A stretch of DNA of 63,648 nucleotides, filler included, from Chiloscyllium plagiosum (taxonomy: Eukaryota): assembly GCF_004010195.1 (NCBI RefSeq). It is 5 parts of one record of this genome, joined end to end, with 100 filler letters (N's around TTAATTAATTAA, not from the genome) between each part and the next. Parts side by side here need not be neighbours in the genome. Positions count along the whole stretch, not along the records: positions 24,271 to 42,927 come from NC_057714.1; 4 more parts are not named here. One strand, given 5' to 3'. Under the pieces are notes generated by a model that did no database searches, had not been told where the DNA came from, and saw nothing but the letters and a program-made list of their open reading frames with translations. This document shows, piece by piece, positions 27,245-40,176 of the stretch; the stretch's first letter is position 1; each line of letters begins with the position of its first letter. A program made the position numbers and the translations under genes.

Positions 27245-27812
27245 TGTTAGAAACGAAAATCGCTTCTCAATAATCGCTCTAGACAAATTCAGGAAAACAA
27301 AGTTTTATTAACAAGTCAAGTCTGCAGAGTCGGGCACCCTTAAAGAAAAGGCGCGCTGAGGCTTACAAAGTCTCCCATTATATACAGCACAAGTCCCTCC
27401 TCTCCTTGGCTCCAACAAGCCATGAGGTTCACATTCTTAAAAACATCATTATTTTTATCACAAAGTCTGCAACAAAAGGCTCCAGAGTCTCCAAAGTTTG
27501 TTGTTTTTCTCACCCTGTAGTCTTATCAGTCAAAGGCTTTAATCTGAAACAGATGTCTCTCAAGTCGTTCCCCCATCCTGGAGTCTTATCAGTCAAGGAC
27601 TCATCCTTCCCTCCTGTGTCAATGGTTTCATCAATCAAGGGCCTGTTTGTTTTTACTCTGCTCACAAATTGTCAGCATTCTGCACAATTTAAACTATTCT
27701 ACTTTTGAGTATATAAAATGTTCTAGAAAAGAAACAAAAGTTTTGTCTTTTATTATAGACCAGTCCGTGGTCCAGGCACATCTTAAAGTTTAAACCGAAA
27801 TTACCTCTCACA
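27245..27812 (-). mobile_element. solo LTR (568 bp) with 5-bp TSD
   Basis: TG...CA ends; ACTCC at 27240-27244 and 27813-27817; CR1 rejoins when it is removed; minus-strand TATATAA (27378-27384) and AATAAA (27304-27309). Confidence 0.8.
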
Positions 27813-28069
27813 ACTCCTATTACCTTTATACTCTTCCAAGGATTCATTGTATCTCCCCTGAGTTTACCTGACACATGCTTCCTTATTTTTCTTAACCAAA
27901 ATTTCTCAAGTCATCCAGCATTCTCTATATCTACCAAGCTTTCCTGTAACCCTAACTGGAATATACAGTCTCTGGATTTTCATTATCTCATTTCTGAAGG
28001 TTTCCCATTTTCCAGCCATCCCTTTACCTGCGAACATCTGCGCCCAATCAGCTGTTAAACGTTCTTGCA

Positions 28070-28417
28070 GAAAGTGAGGACTGCAGATGCTGGAGATCAG
28101 AGTCGAAGAGTGTGACCCTGGAAAAGCACAGCTGGTCAGGCAGCATCCGAAGTGCAGGAGAGTCAACGTTTGAACGTAAACCCTTCATCAGGAAAGTTCT
28201 GATCGAATACCGTCAAAATTAGCCTTCCTCCAATTTAGAACTTCAAATTTTAGATCCGGTCTATCCTTTACCATCACTATTTTAAAACTAATAGAATTAT
28301 GGTCGCTGGCCCCAAAGTTGACTCTCCTGCACTTCGGATGCTGCCTGACCAGCTGTGCTTTTCCAGTGCCACACTCTTCGACTCTGATCTCCAGCATCTG
28401 CAGTGCTCACTTTCTCC
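28070..28417. mobile_element. two opposite-orientation short Penelope pLTR insertions (28070-28193 minus, 28319-28417 plus)
   Basis: Same ~120-bp family as 4779 and 17362; ccaaagt is duplicated around the second copy. Confidence 0.65.
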
Positions 28418-29851
28418 AAAGTGCTCCACTACTGACACTTCAGTCACCTGCCCTGCCTTATTTCTCAAGAGTAGGTCAAGTTTTGCACCTTCTCTAGTAG
28501 GTATATCCACAAACTGAATCAGAAAATTTTCTTGTACACACTTAACAAATTTCTCACCATCTAAACCGTTAACACTATGACAGTCCCAATCTATGTTTGG
28601 AAAGTTAAAATCCCCCATCATAACCACCCTATTATTCTTAAAGATAAGTGAGATCTCCTTCCAAATTTTTTCTCAATTTCCTGCTGACTATTAGGAGATC
28701 TAAAATACAATCACAATAAGGTGGTCATCCCTTTCTTATTTCTCACATTCACCCAAATAACTTCCCTGGATGTATTTCTGGGAATATGCTCCCTCAGTAC
28801 AGCTGTAATACTATCCTGTATCAAAATGCCACTCCCCCTTCTCTTTTGCCATCTCCCTCTCCCCCACCCCACCCTTTCCATCCTTCCTTATAGCATTTGT
28901 ATCCTGAAACATTAAGCTGCCAGTCCTGTCCATCCCTGAGCCATGTTTCTGTAATTGCTATGATATCCCAGTCCCATCTTCCTAATCATGCTCTGAGTTC
29001 ATTTGCCTTTCCTGTTAGACCTTTTGTGTTGAAGTAAATGCAGTTTAATTTATCAGTCCTACCTTGTTCTCTGCTTTGTCTCTGCCTGCCCTGACTGTTT
29101 AACTCGCCTTTGTTCTCAACTGTACCAGTCTCAGATTGATCTCTTTCCTCACTATCTCCCTGGGTCGCACCTCCCACCTTACTAGTTTAAATCCTCCAAA
29201 CAACTTTAGCAAATCTCCCTGCCAGTATATTAGTCCCCTTCCAATTTAGGTGCAATCTGTTCTTCTTGTACAAGTCACTTCTTGCCCAGAAGAGATTCCA
29301 ATGATCCAAAAATGTGAATCCTTCTCCCATACACCAGCTCCTCAGCCATGCATTCATCTGCCCTATCCTCCTATTCCTATCCTCACTAGCTCATACCACC
29401 GGGAGTAATCCAGATATTACTACTCTCGAGGACCTCCTTTTAAAATTCCTGCCTAACTTTCTCTATTCTCCTTCAAAAATCTCATCCTTTTCCCTTCCTG
29501 TGTTGTTGGTTCCAATGTGTACAATGACCTCCTGTTGGGCCCTCTCCCTTTTGAGAATATTCTGCACCCTCTCTGAGATATCTTGATCCTGGCACTAGAG
29601 AGGTAACACACCATTCTGATTTTTCACTGCTGGCCGCAGAAATATTTGTCTGTGCCTCTGACTAGTGGGTCCCCTAACATAATCGATCGCTTGGAACCCA
29701 ACGTACCCCTCATTGCATTAGAGCCAGTATTGATACCAGAAACTTGGCTGTTCGTGCCACACTCTCCTGAGAATCCATCAGCCCCTACATTTTCCAAACC
29801 AGCTGACTTGTTTGAAATGGGGACAGCCGCAGAAGATTCCTGCACTACCTA

Positions 29852-30435
29852 GGTAAAAACAATGACTGCAGATGCTGGAAACCAGAGTCGAGATTAGAGT
29901 GGTGCTGGAAAAGCACAGCAGGTCAGGTAGCATCCGAGGAGAAGGAAAATCGACATTTCGGGCAAAAACCCTTCATCAGGAATACAGGCAGAGAGCCTGA
30001 AGGGTGGAGAGATAAAGTGCTGAGCTGGAAGTTTGGGACTAGGGTGAGGTGGGGGAAGGGGAAATGAGGAAACTGTTGAAGTCCACATTGATGCCCTGGG
30101 GTTGAAGTGTTCCGAGGCGGAAGATGAGGCGTTCTTCCTCCTGGCGTCTGGTGGTGAGGAAGCGGCGGTGAAGGAGGCCCAGGACCTCTATGTCCTCAGC
30201 AGATTGGGAGGGGGAGTTGAAATGTTGGGCCACAGGGCGGTGTGGTTGATTGGTGCGGGTATCCCAGAGATGTTCCCTAAAGCGCTCTGCGAGGAGGCGT
30301 CCAGTCTCCCCAATGTAGAGGAGACCGCATTGGGAGCAATGGATACAATAAATGATATTGGTGGATGTGCAGGTGAAACTTCGATGGATGTGGAAGGCTC
30401 CTTTAGGGCTTTGGATGGAGGTGAGGGAGGAGGTT
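29852..30435 (-). mobile_element. Penelope (Neptune-like) GIY-YIG 3' region + pLTR
   Basis: HFNSPSQS...RLIFRLGTLQPQGINVDF; hammerhead-like motif at 29952-29979. Confidence 0.8.
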
Positions 30436-31178
30436 TTGCACTACCTGCCCACTCCTCCTACCTTTCCTGGAGTTAATCTATATATGTGACTGTATCTGCG
30501 GTTTTTCTCCCTTCCTATAACTGCCATCTATCACTTCCCCTTATTCTTGTAAATTCCTCATTGCCTCTAACTGTCACTCCAATCAATCCATGCAATCTGC
30601 TAGGATTTGCAACCAAAATCAATTCCTGCAGATATGATCATCAGTAACACGGAAACTCTCCCTGAACTCCAACTTCTGAAGAGCATATCACTCTATTGAA
30701 GGCCGTCTTTGCTCCTTGACAATCTACAGACTCAGAAAATAGCACCGCCTTTTTGCTCTAAAAAACAGTGCCCCAGGCTAACTTAGTACTTATGGTTTAT
30801 ATTTTTAAAATTTCATCAAGAGGCAGATTTCAATAAAACATATAATCAAGAAAGAACCCACTATACTCACTACTGCAGACTTCCTGCAAGGTTACATGTT
30901 AAAAAGTATGTACTTATCTGGTCCTGTGCTGTGAGCTCTCCCACACAGGTTCCTCCAAGGTCAGCTGTGAATTTCACTGTTTGTTAATTTTTCCTAGATG
31001 CATCCCAATGTCCAAAGATAAATGAACTCAAACTACAAAGGCAGTAACTGTGCAGGTTCACTGTTGTGTCAGTTAGCAGTGTAAGGTTTCTTTCTCTCTC
31101 TCCCTCACTGACCATGTGGTTGCTGTCTTTTGTCTGTCTTTCTCCCTTTTAAAAGTGCTGTTGTTTTGACTTATTTGA

Positions 31179-31483
31179 CAGTCTTACCACAAATTCAACC
31201 CAAACTCTGGGTCAGATACGTTGATGACACCTTTGTAATCATTAAAAACACAGAAATAGAGAAAACACACCGGATCATCAACGCCACACTCACAGGAATC
31301 CGATTCACGAGAGAAGAAGAAAAGGACAACCAACTCCCATTCCTAGACGTGAGGGTACAGAGAACACTGAACGGAGAATTCACCACTAAGGTACACAGGA
31401 AAGCCACACACACAGACCAAGTCCTGAACTACAAAAGCAACCACCCCAACACACACAAAAGAAGTTGCATCAAGACACTATTC
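31179..31483 (+). mobile_element. Penelope-like RT fragment
   Basis: WVRYVDDTFV, IRFTREEEKDNQLPFLDV, VHRKATHTDQVLNY..HP; runs into a gap. Confidence 0.85.
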
Positions 31484-32418
31484 NNNNNNNNNNNNNNNNN
31501 NNNNNNNNNNNNNNNNNNNNNNNNNNNNNNNNNNNNNNNNNNNNNNNNNNNNNNNNNNNNNNNNNNNNNNNNNNNNNNNNNNNNNNNNNNNNNNNNNNNN
31601 NNNNNNNNNNNNNNNNNNNNNNNNNNNNNNNNNNNNNNNNNNNNNNNNNNNNNNNNNNNNNNNNNNNNNNNNNNNNNNNNNNNNNNNNNNNNNNNNNNNN
31701 NNNNNNNNNNNNNNNNNNNNNNNNNNNNNNNNNNNNNNNNNNNNNNNNNNNNNNNNNNNNNNNNNNNNNNNNNNNNNNNNNNNNNNNNNNNNNNNNNNNN
31801 NNNNNNNNNNNNNNNNNNNNNNNNNNNNNNNNNNNNNNNNNNNNNNNNNNNNNNNNNNNNNNNNNNNNNNNNNNNNNNNNNNNNNNNNNNNNNNNNNNNN
31901 NNNNNNNNNNNNNNNNNNNNNNNNNNNNNNNNNNNNNNNNNNNNNNNNNNNNNNNNNNNNNNNNNNNNNNNNNNNNNNNNNNNGGGGCGTGGCTGTGTGA
32001 GTGGGCGGGGCTGTTTACTCTCATCTGGGTCTATGGTTTTCAGCTCCTGAGAGTCAGTCACAATGGTTCAGTGCACGGCGGCTGCTCGAGAAATGTCGAG
32101 ACAGAACATAGACTTGTTCAGGGTTACACCCGAAATGTTGACTTCTCCACCTCCTGATGCTGCCTGGCTTGCTGTGTTCTTCCAGCCTCCTGTGTGATAA
32201 CCTCATTTATCCAAACGATTTACATCAAAATATCGTAGGTATGGTCAGTAAGTTTGCAGATGGTCTCATGGACAGTGAAGACGTTTATCCAAGAGGACAA
32301 GGGAACCTTGATTACCTGGGCCAGTGGCCCAAGGAATGGCAGATTGACTTTAAGTTAGACAAATGGGAGGTGCTGCATTTTGTTCAGACAAACCAGGGTA
32401 GGACTTATGCAGTTAATG

Positions 32419-32591
32419 AGAAGCACAGAAGGTCAGGCAGCATCCACAGAGCAGGAAAATCAATGTTTCAGGCAAAACCCTTCATCAGGATTCCTGATTT
32501 TCCTGCTCCTTGGATGCTGTCGGACCTGCTGGGCTTTTCCAGCACCACACTCTTGACTCTAATCTCCAGTGTCTGCAGTACTCACTTTCGC
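32419..32591. mobile_element. inverted pair of Penelope pLTR fragments
   Basis: Exact 15-bp TSD cttatgcagttaatg at 32404-32418 and 32592-32606. Confidence 0.75.
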
Positions 32592-32770
32592 CTTATGCAG
32601 TTAATGGTATGGCCCTGGGGAGTGCTGTCGAACAGAGAACGAGGGGTGCAGGTACATGGTTCCTTGAAAGGAGTATCATAAGTAAACAGGGTAGTGAAGA
32701 AGCCATTTGGCACGTTTGCTTTCATTGGTCGAAGCATTGAGTATAGGAGTTGGGATGTCATGTTTTTTTT

Positions 32771-33084
32771 TAGATTAGATTACTTACAGTGTGGAAACAG
32801 GCCCTTCGGCCCAACAAGTCCACACCGACCCGCCGAAGCGCAACCCACCCATACCCCTACATTTACCCCTTAACCTAACACTACGGGCAATTTAGCATGG
32901 CCAATTCACCTGACCCGCACATCTTTGTGACTGTGGGAGGAAACCGGAGCACCCGGAGGAAACCCACGTAGACACGGGGAGAACGTGCAAACTCCACACA
33001 GTCAGTCGCCTGAGTCGGGAATTGAACCCGGGTCTCTGGCGCTGTGAGGCAACAGTGCTAACCACTGCGCCACCGTGCCGCCCA
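32771..33084 (-). mobile_element. tRNA-derived V-domain SINE (HE1-like), young copy
   Basis: Minus strand gggcggcacggtggcgcagtggttagc...gggttcaattccc...V domain...(aatct)n tail. Confidence 0.9.
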
Positions 33085-34612
33085 CTACGGTTACGGTTAT
33101 ACAAGACATTGGTGAAGCCACACTTGTAATATTGTATATAATTCTGGTCATCCTACTTTAGGAAGAATGTTGTTAAACTGGAAAGGGTGCAAAAAGGATT
33201 TGCAAAGCTCCGACTGAGACTGGAAGGTTTGAGTTATTAGAAGAGGCTGAAGAGGCTGGGATTATGTTTCTCTGGTGCATCGGAGGCTGAGGGGTGACAA
33301 TACAAAGGTTGAAAAAATCATGAAGGACATGGAGAGGATAAATAGTCAAGGTCTTTTAGCTGCGTTGGGGGAGTCCAGAACTAGTGGGCATAGGTTTAAG
33401 GTGAGAGGGGGAAGATTTAAAAGGGATCTAAGCGGTAACTTTTGACACAGAAGGTGGTGTGTATGGAATGAGCTGCCAGAGGAAGTGGTGGACACTGGTA
33501 CAATTACAGTTAAAAGACATTTGGACAGGTACGTGGATAAGAAGGGTTTACAGTGATATGGGCTAAATGCTGGCAAATGAGACTAGTTTGGTTTAGGAAT
33601 ATTGATCAGCATAGATAAGTTAGGCCGAAGGGTTTGTTTCTGTGCTGTATGACTGTGAACTTAACCTTTAAAACTTCTGCTTTACCTCCAACCCAATCTT
33701 AAACAGCCCAAACCCAACTCAGGCTGAGCAAGCTCATTTCCTACCTCTCTGTCCTGACTCTATGTTCATGAATCTGGACCTTGTCCATGCACTCACAGTA
33801 ACCTGACACTTTAAACCAGACGCTAACATGAACATAAGTACATTCCATGTTCCAAACAGTTAACTTGCAGAATTATCTGTGACATTCAAAGCTAAACTTT
33901 ACTCCTCCAGCTGACTTCTGAATCATGTTGGGACCAGGGTCCTGGCAAATCATATAACTAGAGCTCTGGATAGGACTCTAAACTAAAGAGTGGGCGTATG
34001 TGGGGGTGGGGGTGGGTTCAGTTGCATGGAAAATTCTGAAAAATTGAAAGAGCGGGAGGGGTCAGCAGAGGTTAAAGTTTCCAGAATGAGGAATAGGACA
34101 GAGAGTCTGGAAAGGTTCAGGAATCTAACTTCAGGAACAGCAGACAAAGGGATAATGATGAGAAGGAGGACAGTCAACACAGGACTAAGGAAGTTGTACT
34201 TAAATACACACAGTATACGAAACAATAGCACAGACTGAAATGGGCAGCTACGATGCGGTGGGTCTCACAGAGGCATGGCTGCAAGAGGATTAGGGCTGGG
34301 AACAAAATATCCAAGAATTCACATCTCTTGCAAGGACTGGCAGTTAGGAATAGGGGGGCTGAGTTGCCTTGTTAGTAAAAAATGGGATTAAATTAATAAC
34401 TGAGTCAGAAAACAGAATCTGTGTAGGTAGAGGTTGAGGTACTGCAAAGGATAAAAGATCCTGATGGGCGTTGTGTACTGTATCCCTATCAGTAGTCAGG
34501 ATGTGTGACAGAAAATAACTCAGCAAAGAGAAACGTATGGAAGAAAGACACTCTTACAATAAAAATGGAGAACTTTGATATGCAGGTGGACTACGAACAT
34601 CAGATTTGATTT

Positions 34613-35570
34613 AGAGTCATAGAGATGTACAGATCAGAAACAGACCCTTTGGTCCAACTCACCCATGCTGACCAGATACCCTAAATTAATCTAATTCCAT
34701 TTGCCAGCGTTTGGCCCATTTCCTTCTAAACCCTTTCTATTCTTATACCCATCCAGATGCCTTTTAAATGTTGTAACTGTATCAGCCTCCACCACTTTCG
34801 CTGGCAGCTCATTCCCTACACACACCATCCTCTATTGCCCATTAAGACCCTTTTATATCTTTCTCCTCTCACCCTAAACCTATGCCCTCTAGTTCTGGAC
34901 TCCCCGACCCCAGGGAAAAGACCTTGTTTATTTATCCTATCCATGTCTCTCATGATTTTATAAACCTCTATAAGGTCACCCCTCAGCCTCCAACTTTCCA
35001 GGGAAAATAATCCCAGCCTATTCAAGCACTCCCTATAGCTCAAATCCTCCAACCCTGGCAACATCCTTGTAAATCTTTTCTGAACCTTTTCAAGTTTTAC
35101 AGCATCCTTCTTATAGCAGGGAGACCAGAATTACGCACAATATTCCAATAGTAGCCTAACCAATGTCCTGTACAGCCACAACATCACCTCCCAACTGCTA
35201 AACTCAATGAACTGTCCAATAAAGGCAAGCATACCAAACACCTGCTTCGTTATCCTGTCAACCTGTGACTCCACTTTCAAGGAGCTATGAACCTGCACTC
35301 CAAGGTCTCTTTGTTCAGCAACACTCCCTAGGACCTTACCATTAAATGTATAAGTCCTGATAAGATTTGCTTTTCCAAAATGCAGCACCTCGCATTTATC
35401 TGAATTAAACCCCATCTGTCACTCCTCAGCCCATTGGCCCATCTGATCAAGATCCCGTTGTAATCTGAGGTAACCTTCTTCGCTGTCCAGTACACCTCCA
35501 ATTTTGGTGTCATCTGGAAACTGACTAACCCATACCTCCTATGTTCACATCCAAATTGTTGATATAATTT
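34613..35570 (-). mobile_element. CR1 LINE 3' part
   Basis: KCEVLHFG, RLRGDLIEVYKIM, ctctatgactcta tail. Confidence 0.85.
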
Positions 35571-36747
35571 GATTTATTGTAGTCATATGTGCCTAAGTAC
35601 AGTGGAAAGCTTTGTTTGTGAGCAGTACAGGCAGATCATAGATTGGTAGCTGATCCCAAGAAAAGGAATTTGTGGGATGTCTACAAGAAGGCTTTTTGCA
35701 GCAGCTTGAGGTAGAGCCTGCTAGGGAGCATGGAGTTCTGGATTTGATCATGTGTAATGAGGCAGAATTGATTCAGGAGCCGAAGGTGAAGGAACCCCGG
35801 GGGGCAGTGACCATCATATGATCGAATTCCCCTTGCAGTTTGAGATGGAGAACCTGGAATCAGATATAATGGGATTACAGTTGGGTAAAGGTCACAACAG
35901 AGACATAAGGGAGGAGCTGGCCAGAGGTGATTGTAAGGGGAGCCAAGCAGGGACAATGGTGGAGCAGCAATGAATAGTAGAACAGCCTTTATTATCATGT
36001 GCACTCCAATGAGTGCAGTGAAAAGTTTGTAATGTCGCCTACTGGCACCATCTTAGGTACAGCGTACTGAGGTACAGGTACTTTAAGTGTTGCTACAGAA
36101 TTGAAATAGTAAAATAAAATAGATTAGCATGGGAATGCAGAGTTTAAAAAGTCCAGACTGAGAATAAAAAGTCTCCTCAAAGTCTTCAAGTTATAGTCCT
36201 TTCTCATTGAGTCTGTACCCATCAGGCTTCAGAACACAAGGCCTCACTGCCTCCACGTGCTGACCTCTGTCCAGGAGTTAACCCCCAGACCGGCCCACAC
36301 CACTTCCAACCCACGCTGTCTCCGGCTCTTACGTCCATGCACTAACCTCTGTCCAGTACTCGTCCCCCAGACTGGCCTGTGCTCTCTCTGCTCCCAGTCC
36401 CATGCTGGGCTCGCCTCAGGCTCCATTCTCCATTCCCTCCAGGTGGGCTACTTTAAGAAATTAAAAGCTGGGGAAGGAGGAGAATAAAAACTTCAGCAAG
36501 AGAAAAAACAAAGAAAGAGAAAGGAAAAAGAGCTGGCGAGCAGCGGAGCTCTGCTGGACCATCTTTGGGCGGCACGGTGGCTCAGTGGTTAGCAATGCTG
36601 CCTCACAGCGCCAGGGTCCCAGGTTCGATTCCCTCCAGATGGGCTACTTTAAGAAATTAAAAGCTGGGGAAGGAGGAGAATAAAAACTTCAGCAAGAGAA
36701 AAAACAAAGAAAGAGAAAGGAAAAAGGAGCTCTGCTGGACCATCTTT

Positions 36748-37045
36748 GGGCGGCACGGTTAGCATTGCTGCCTCACAGCGCCAGGGTCCCAGGTTCGATT
36801 CCACCCTCGGGCGACTGTCTGTGTGGAGTTTGCACATTCTCCCTGTGTCTGTGTGGATTTCCTCCGGGTAGTCCGGTTTCCTCCCACATTCCAAAGATGT
36901 GCAGGTCAGGTGAATTGGTCATGCTAAATTGTCCATAGTTGTCAGGAGCATTAATCAGAGGGGAGTGGGTTACTCTTCGGCGGGTCGGTGTGGACTTGTT
37001 GGGCCGAAGGGCCTGTTTCCACACCGTAGGGAATCTAATCTAATC
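36748..37045 (+). mobile_element. tRNA-derived V-domain SINE; 5' part duplicated at 36567-36632
   Basis: B box gttcgattcc, V domain, (aatct)n tail. Confidence 0.85.
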
Positions 37046-38575
37046 TTACTCTACCACCGCTATCTTATGTGGCAGGAGTTTCTGGGGGTAATTCGGGAGG
37101 ATAGCAGAAATACATCTCCAGGAAGGAGGAAGATCCTGAGAGAAGGCTGAGGTAACCATGGCTGGCATGGGAAGTCAGGGTCAGCATAAAAGCAAAAGAG
37201 GAGGCATACACTGTAGTGAAGGTTAGTAAGAAAGCAAAGGATTGGAAACCTTTAAAAACCAGCAGAGGATAAATAAGAAAGCAAATGGCAGGGGCCGGGG
37301 GGAGGCGGTTGAAGATGAAATATGAGGGTAAGCTAGCTAATAATATGAAAGCAGATTGCAAGAGTTTCATTTTAAATATTTAACAAGATTGATAAGAGTG
37401 GATGTTGGACTGCTGGAAAAAGAAGCTGGAGAAGTAGCAATGGGGAACCGAGAAATGGCGGAGGAATTGAGCTGGTACATTGCATCAGTTTTCACTGAGG
37501 TGGAAGACCCCAGCAACACACCAGAATTTCAAGAGAATCAGGGGACAGAGGTGAGGGCAGAGGCCATCACTAAGGAGAGGGAGCTGGGGAAGCTGAAAGG
37601 TCTGAGGGATGATAACCCAGAGTTCTGAAGGAAATACCTGAGGAGATTGGAGAGACATTGGTGTGATCTTTGAGGAATCACTAGAGTCAGGGATGGTCCC
37701 AGAGGAAACTGGGAAAGGGCTAATGCAACACCCCTGTGTAAGAAGGGAGGGAGGCAGGAGGCAGGAAACTATAGGCCGGTTAGCCTGAGCTCGGTCATTG
37801 GGAAGATTTTAGAATCCATTTTTAAAGATGAGATTGTGGAGAACTTGGAAGTGCGTGACTTCCTCAAGGGGAGGCCATCTGTTAGAATTCTTTAAGGAGG
37901 TAATGAGCAAGTTAAACAAAGGGGAGTCAGTGGATGTGATCTATTTGCATTTCCAGAAGGCCTTTGTCAAGGTGCCGCACAGGAGGCTGCTAAATAAGTT
38001 AAGAGTCCATGGTGTTAGGGGCAATTGTGAGCAATTTTGAGTCCTGTATCTCAGGAAGAATGTGCTGATGTTGAAGGGGGTCCAGAGGGGGTTCATAAGA
38101 ATGATCCTGGGGATGAAGGGCTTGTCATATGAAGAACATTTGAGGACTCTGAGTCTGTACTCAATGGAGTTTTGAAGGATGAGGAGGAATCTGATTGAAA
38201 GTTCCACAATACTGAGAGGCCCGGATAGAGTGGATATGGAGAAGATGCTTCCAGCAGGGAAGACTGGGACCTGAGAGTTCGGACTCAGAGTGAGGGGACC
38301 ACCCTTTTAGAACTGAGATGAGAAGGTATTTGATTTAATTTGAATTATTTATTTATGTGTATTTTGTCCCAAAATGTGGAAATTTGCTCAGATATGTCCT
38401 GTACCTAAAAGCAGTCCTTTGCCACATAGGGCTGTCGAGGCTGAGTCATTAAGTATATTCAAGGCTGAGATAGATGGAGTTTTAATCAGTAAGGGAATCG
38501 AGGGTCATGGGGAAAAGGCAGGAAAATGGATTTGAGGATACTCACATCAGTGATGATCTGATTGAATGACAGGGC

Positions 38576-38702
38576 GAGGAGAAAGTGAGGTCTGCAGATG
38601 CTGGAGATCAAAGTTGAAACTTTATTGCTGGAACAGCACAGCAGGTCAGGCAGCATCCAGGGAACAGGAGATTCGACGTTTCGGGCACAGGCCCTTCTTC
38701 AG
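38576..38702 (-). mobile_element. short Penelope pLTR insertion with 12-bp TSD
   Basis: gaatgacagggc at 38564-38575 and 38703-38714. Confidence 0.8.
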
Positions 38703-38704
38703 GA
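38672..38704 (-). ncRNA. minimal hammerhead ribozyme motif
   Basis: Minus strand CTGAAGA-A-GGGC-CTGT-GCCC-GAAACGTC, intact core. Confidence 0.7.
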
Positions 38705-39329
38705 ATGACAGGGCAGCTTGAATAGCCTAAATGGCTTATTTCTGCTTCTACCTTGTTTTGTCTTATGAAAACTAAAAATAGATATTGCAGTTCTGCTGAT
38801 TATAGACCCCCAAACAGCTAGAAGAGGGATTAGTTCTATACACACATTTCAGAGCAAAATAATCGCAGGGATAGGAAGAGATTGCAAGAACTCTGAAAGA
38901 TTGGAGAGAAAGCAACCAGGATTAAATACCAGGAAAAATAAATTAGTGCCAGAATGTGTAAAGGGAAACTTTCAGAATCAATATCTTTCTTCTCCAATGA
39001 GGAAAGTTTGGTGGTTCTTGTGGAAACTTGTCCAGGTCCGGTGCAATGCAGTTTTGTGAGAAAACGTTTGATCATAATATAATTTGCTCTAAGGAAGAAC
39101 TAAAGAGAAGTTAAAGGTGAATCCTCAGTGAGAATTAAGTAAACTTCAGTGATTTGGGAAAGGATCTGCATTTCAGCAGACAAACTAGAAACAGAATCAA
39201 GGTCAGAATCACAATGGATCAGCAAAACCAGCCCTTCAAGGCAGAGATGGTTCAGCTACAAACCAAGACTATTTCCTTAAACAGGGAGTACAGGGGCCCC
39301 CTAGGCATGAGCTTCTTGGATATCACAGA

Positions 39330-39840
39330 CATCATTTCATTGGAGACAGTTCAGAGAAAGTGCACTCGGATGATCCCTGGGATGGACAGATTGCCCGATG
39401 AGCAAAGGCCAAATAGGTTGGGACTCCATTCACTGGAGCTTAGAAGAATTGATCTCATTGAAACATTCGAGATTCTTAAGGGACTTGACAGGACTTGAGA
39501 GGATGTTTCCCCTCATGACAGAGTTTAGGACCAGAGGGCATAGTCTCAGAATAAAGGGGCACTAATTGAAGGTGGAGACGAAGAGAAATTTATTCTCTAA
39601 GAAGGTTGAGAGTCTTTGGAACTCCTTGCTCCAGAGAGCTGTGGGGACAGAGTCCTTGTGCATATTTAAGGCTGAGATTAATAGATTCTTGAACAGTCAG
39701 GGAATCAAGGGTTATGGGGATAGGGCAGGGAAGTGGACATGCGGAATGTCGGATCAGCCATGATCCTGTTGAATGGTGAAGCAGGCTCGAGGGGCTCAAT
39801 GGCCTCCTCCTATTCCAATTTCTGACAGTTTTGTGGTTAT
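39330..39840 (+). mobile_element. CR1 LINE 3' end
   Basis: LETVQRKCTRMIPG, DLIETFEILKGLDR, SLWNSLLQRAV. Confidence 0.8.
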
Positions 39841-40128
39841 ATTATCTGAGATTGGATTTGCCATATCATATTCAAACCGTCACCATCTCAATGTGTGACT
39901 GAAGTGCCGACTGGGGTAATGTACGGAATAGAATTGAGAAAGAAAACCTCAAACAATCAGAGCCTGTTATCTGACTGAGTTTATTCAGCATATCATTATA
40001 GTAAACAGAGCCAACTTTATTTCAGCAGTTTCAATCAGTTTCCACAAACCCCAATAATTACAACATCGCTGGAAGATCACAAAAATCAAGAATGTAAATG
40101 AGTGAATGTCGCTGTTCCAGAGGGAACT

Positions 40129-40176
40129 TTTATTTTACACACTAAGGTACAGAGATGAGATTATTCCAGGTTTATT
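40129..40176 (-). terminator. candidate poly(A) signals of the rapunzel-like gene
   Basis: Minus-strand AATAAA at 40171-40176 and 40129-40134, ~1 kb after the stop in repeat-free sequence; another at 41041-41046. Confidence 0.4.

Larger units (their letters stand above)
25620..31178 (-). mobile_element. near full-length decayed CR1 LINE (ORF1 esterase + ORF2) with nested insertions
   Basis: ORF1 motifs (VPISNK, MLGDPLVRGTD), endonuclease MGDFNFPNIDW, RT YMDFSKAFNKV in correct order. Confidence 0.85.
32190..33660 (+). mobile_element. CR1 LINE RT 3' part with nested Penelope pair and SINE
   Basis: SKFADG, EVLHF; ctgtatgactgt tail. Confidence 0.8.
33980..38760 (+). mobile_element. old fragmented CR1 ORF2, interrupted by other inserts
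   Basis: LYLNTHSIRN (EN start) at ~34190, EN remnant at 35640-35975, RT remnants at 37050-38560. Confidence 0.65.

Noticed and set aside
32990..33084. tRNA gene
   Set aside because: A/B boxes belong to a SINE head followed by a V domain and LINE-like tail.
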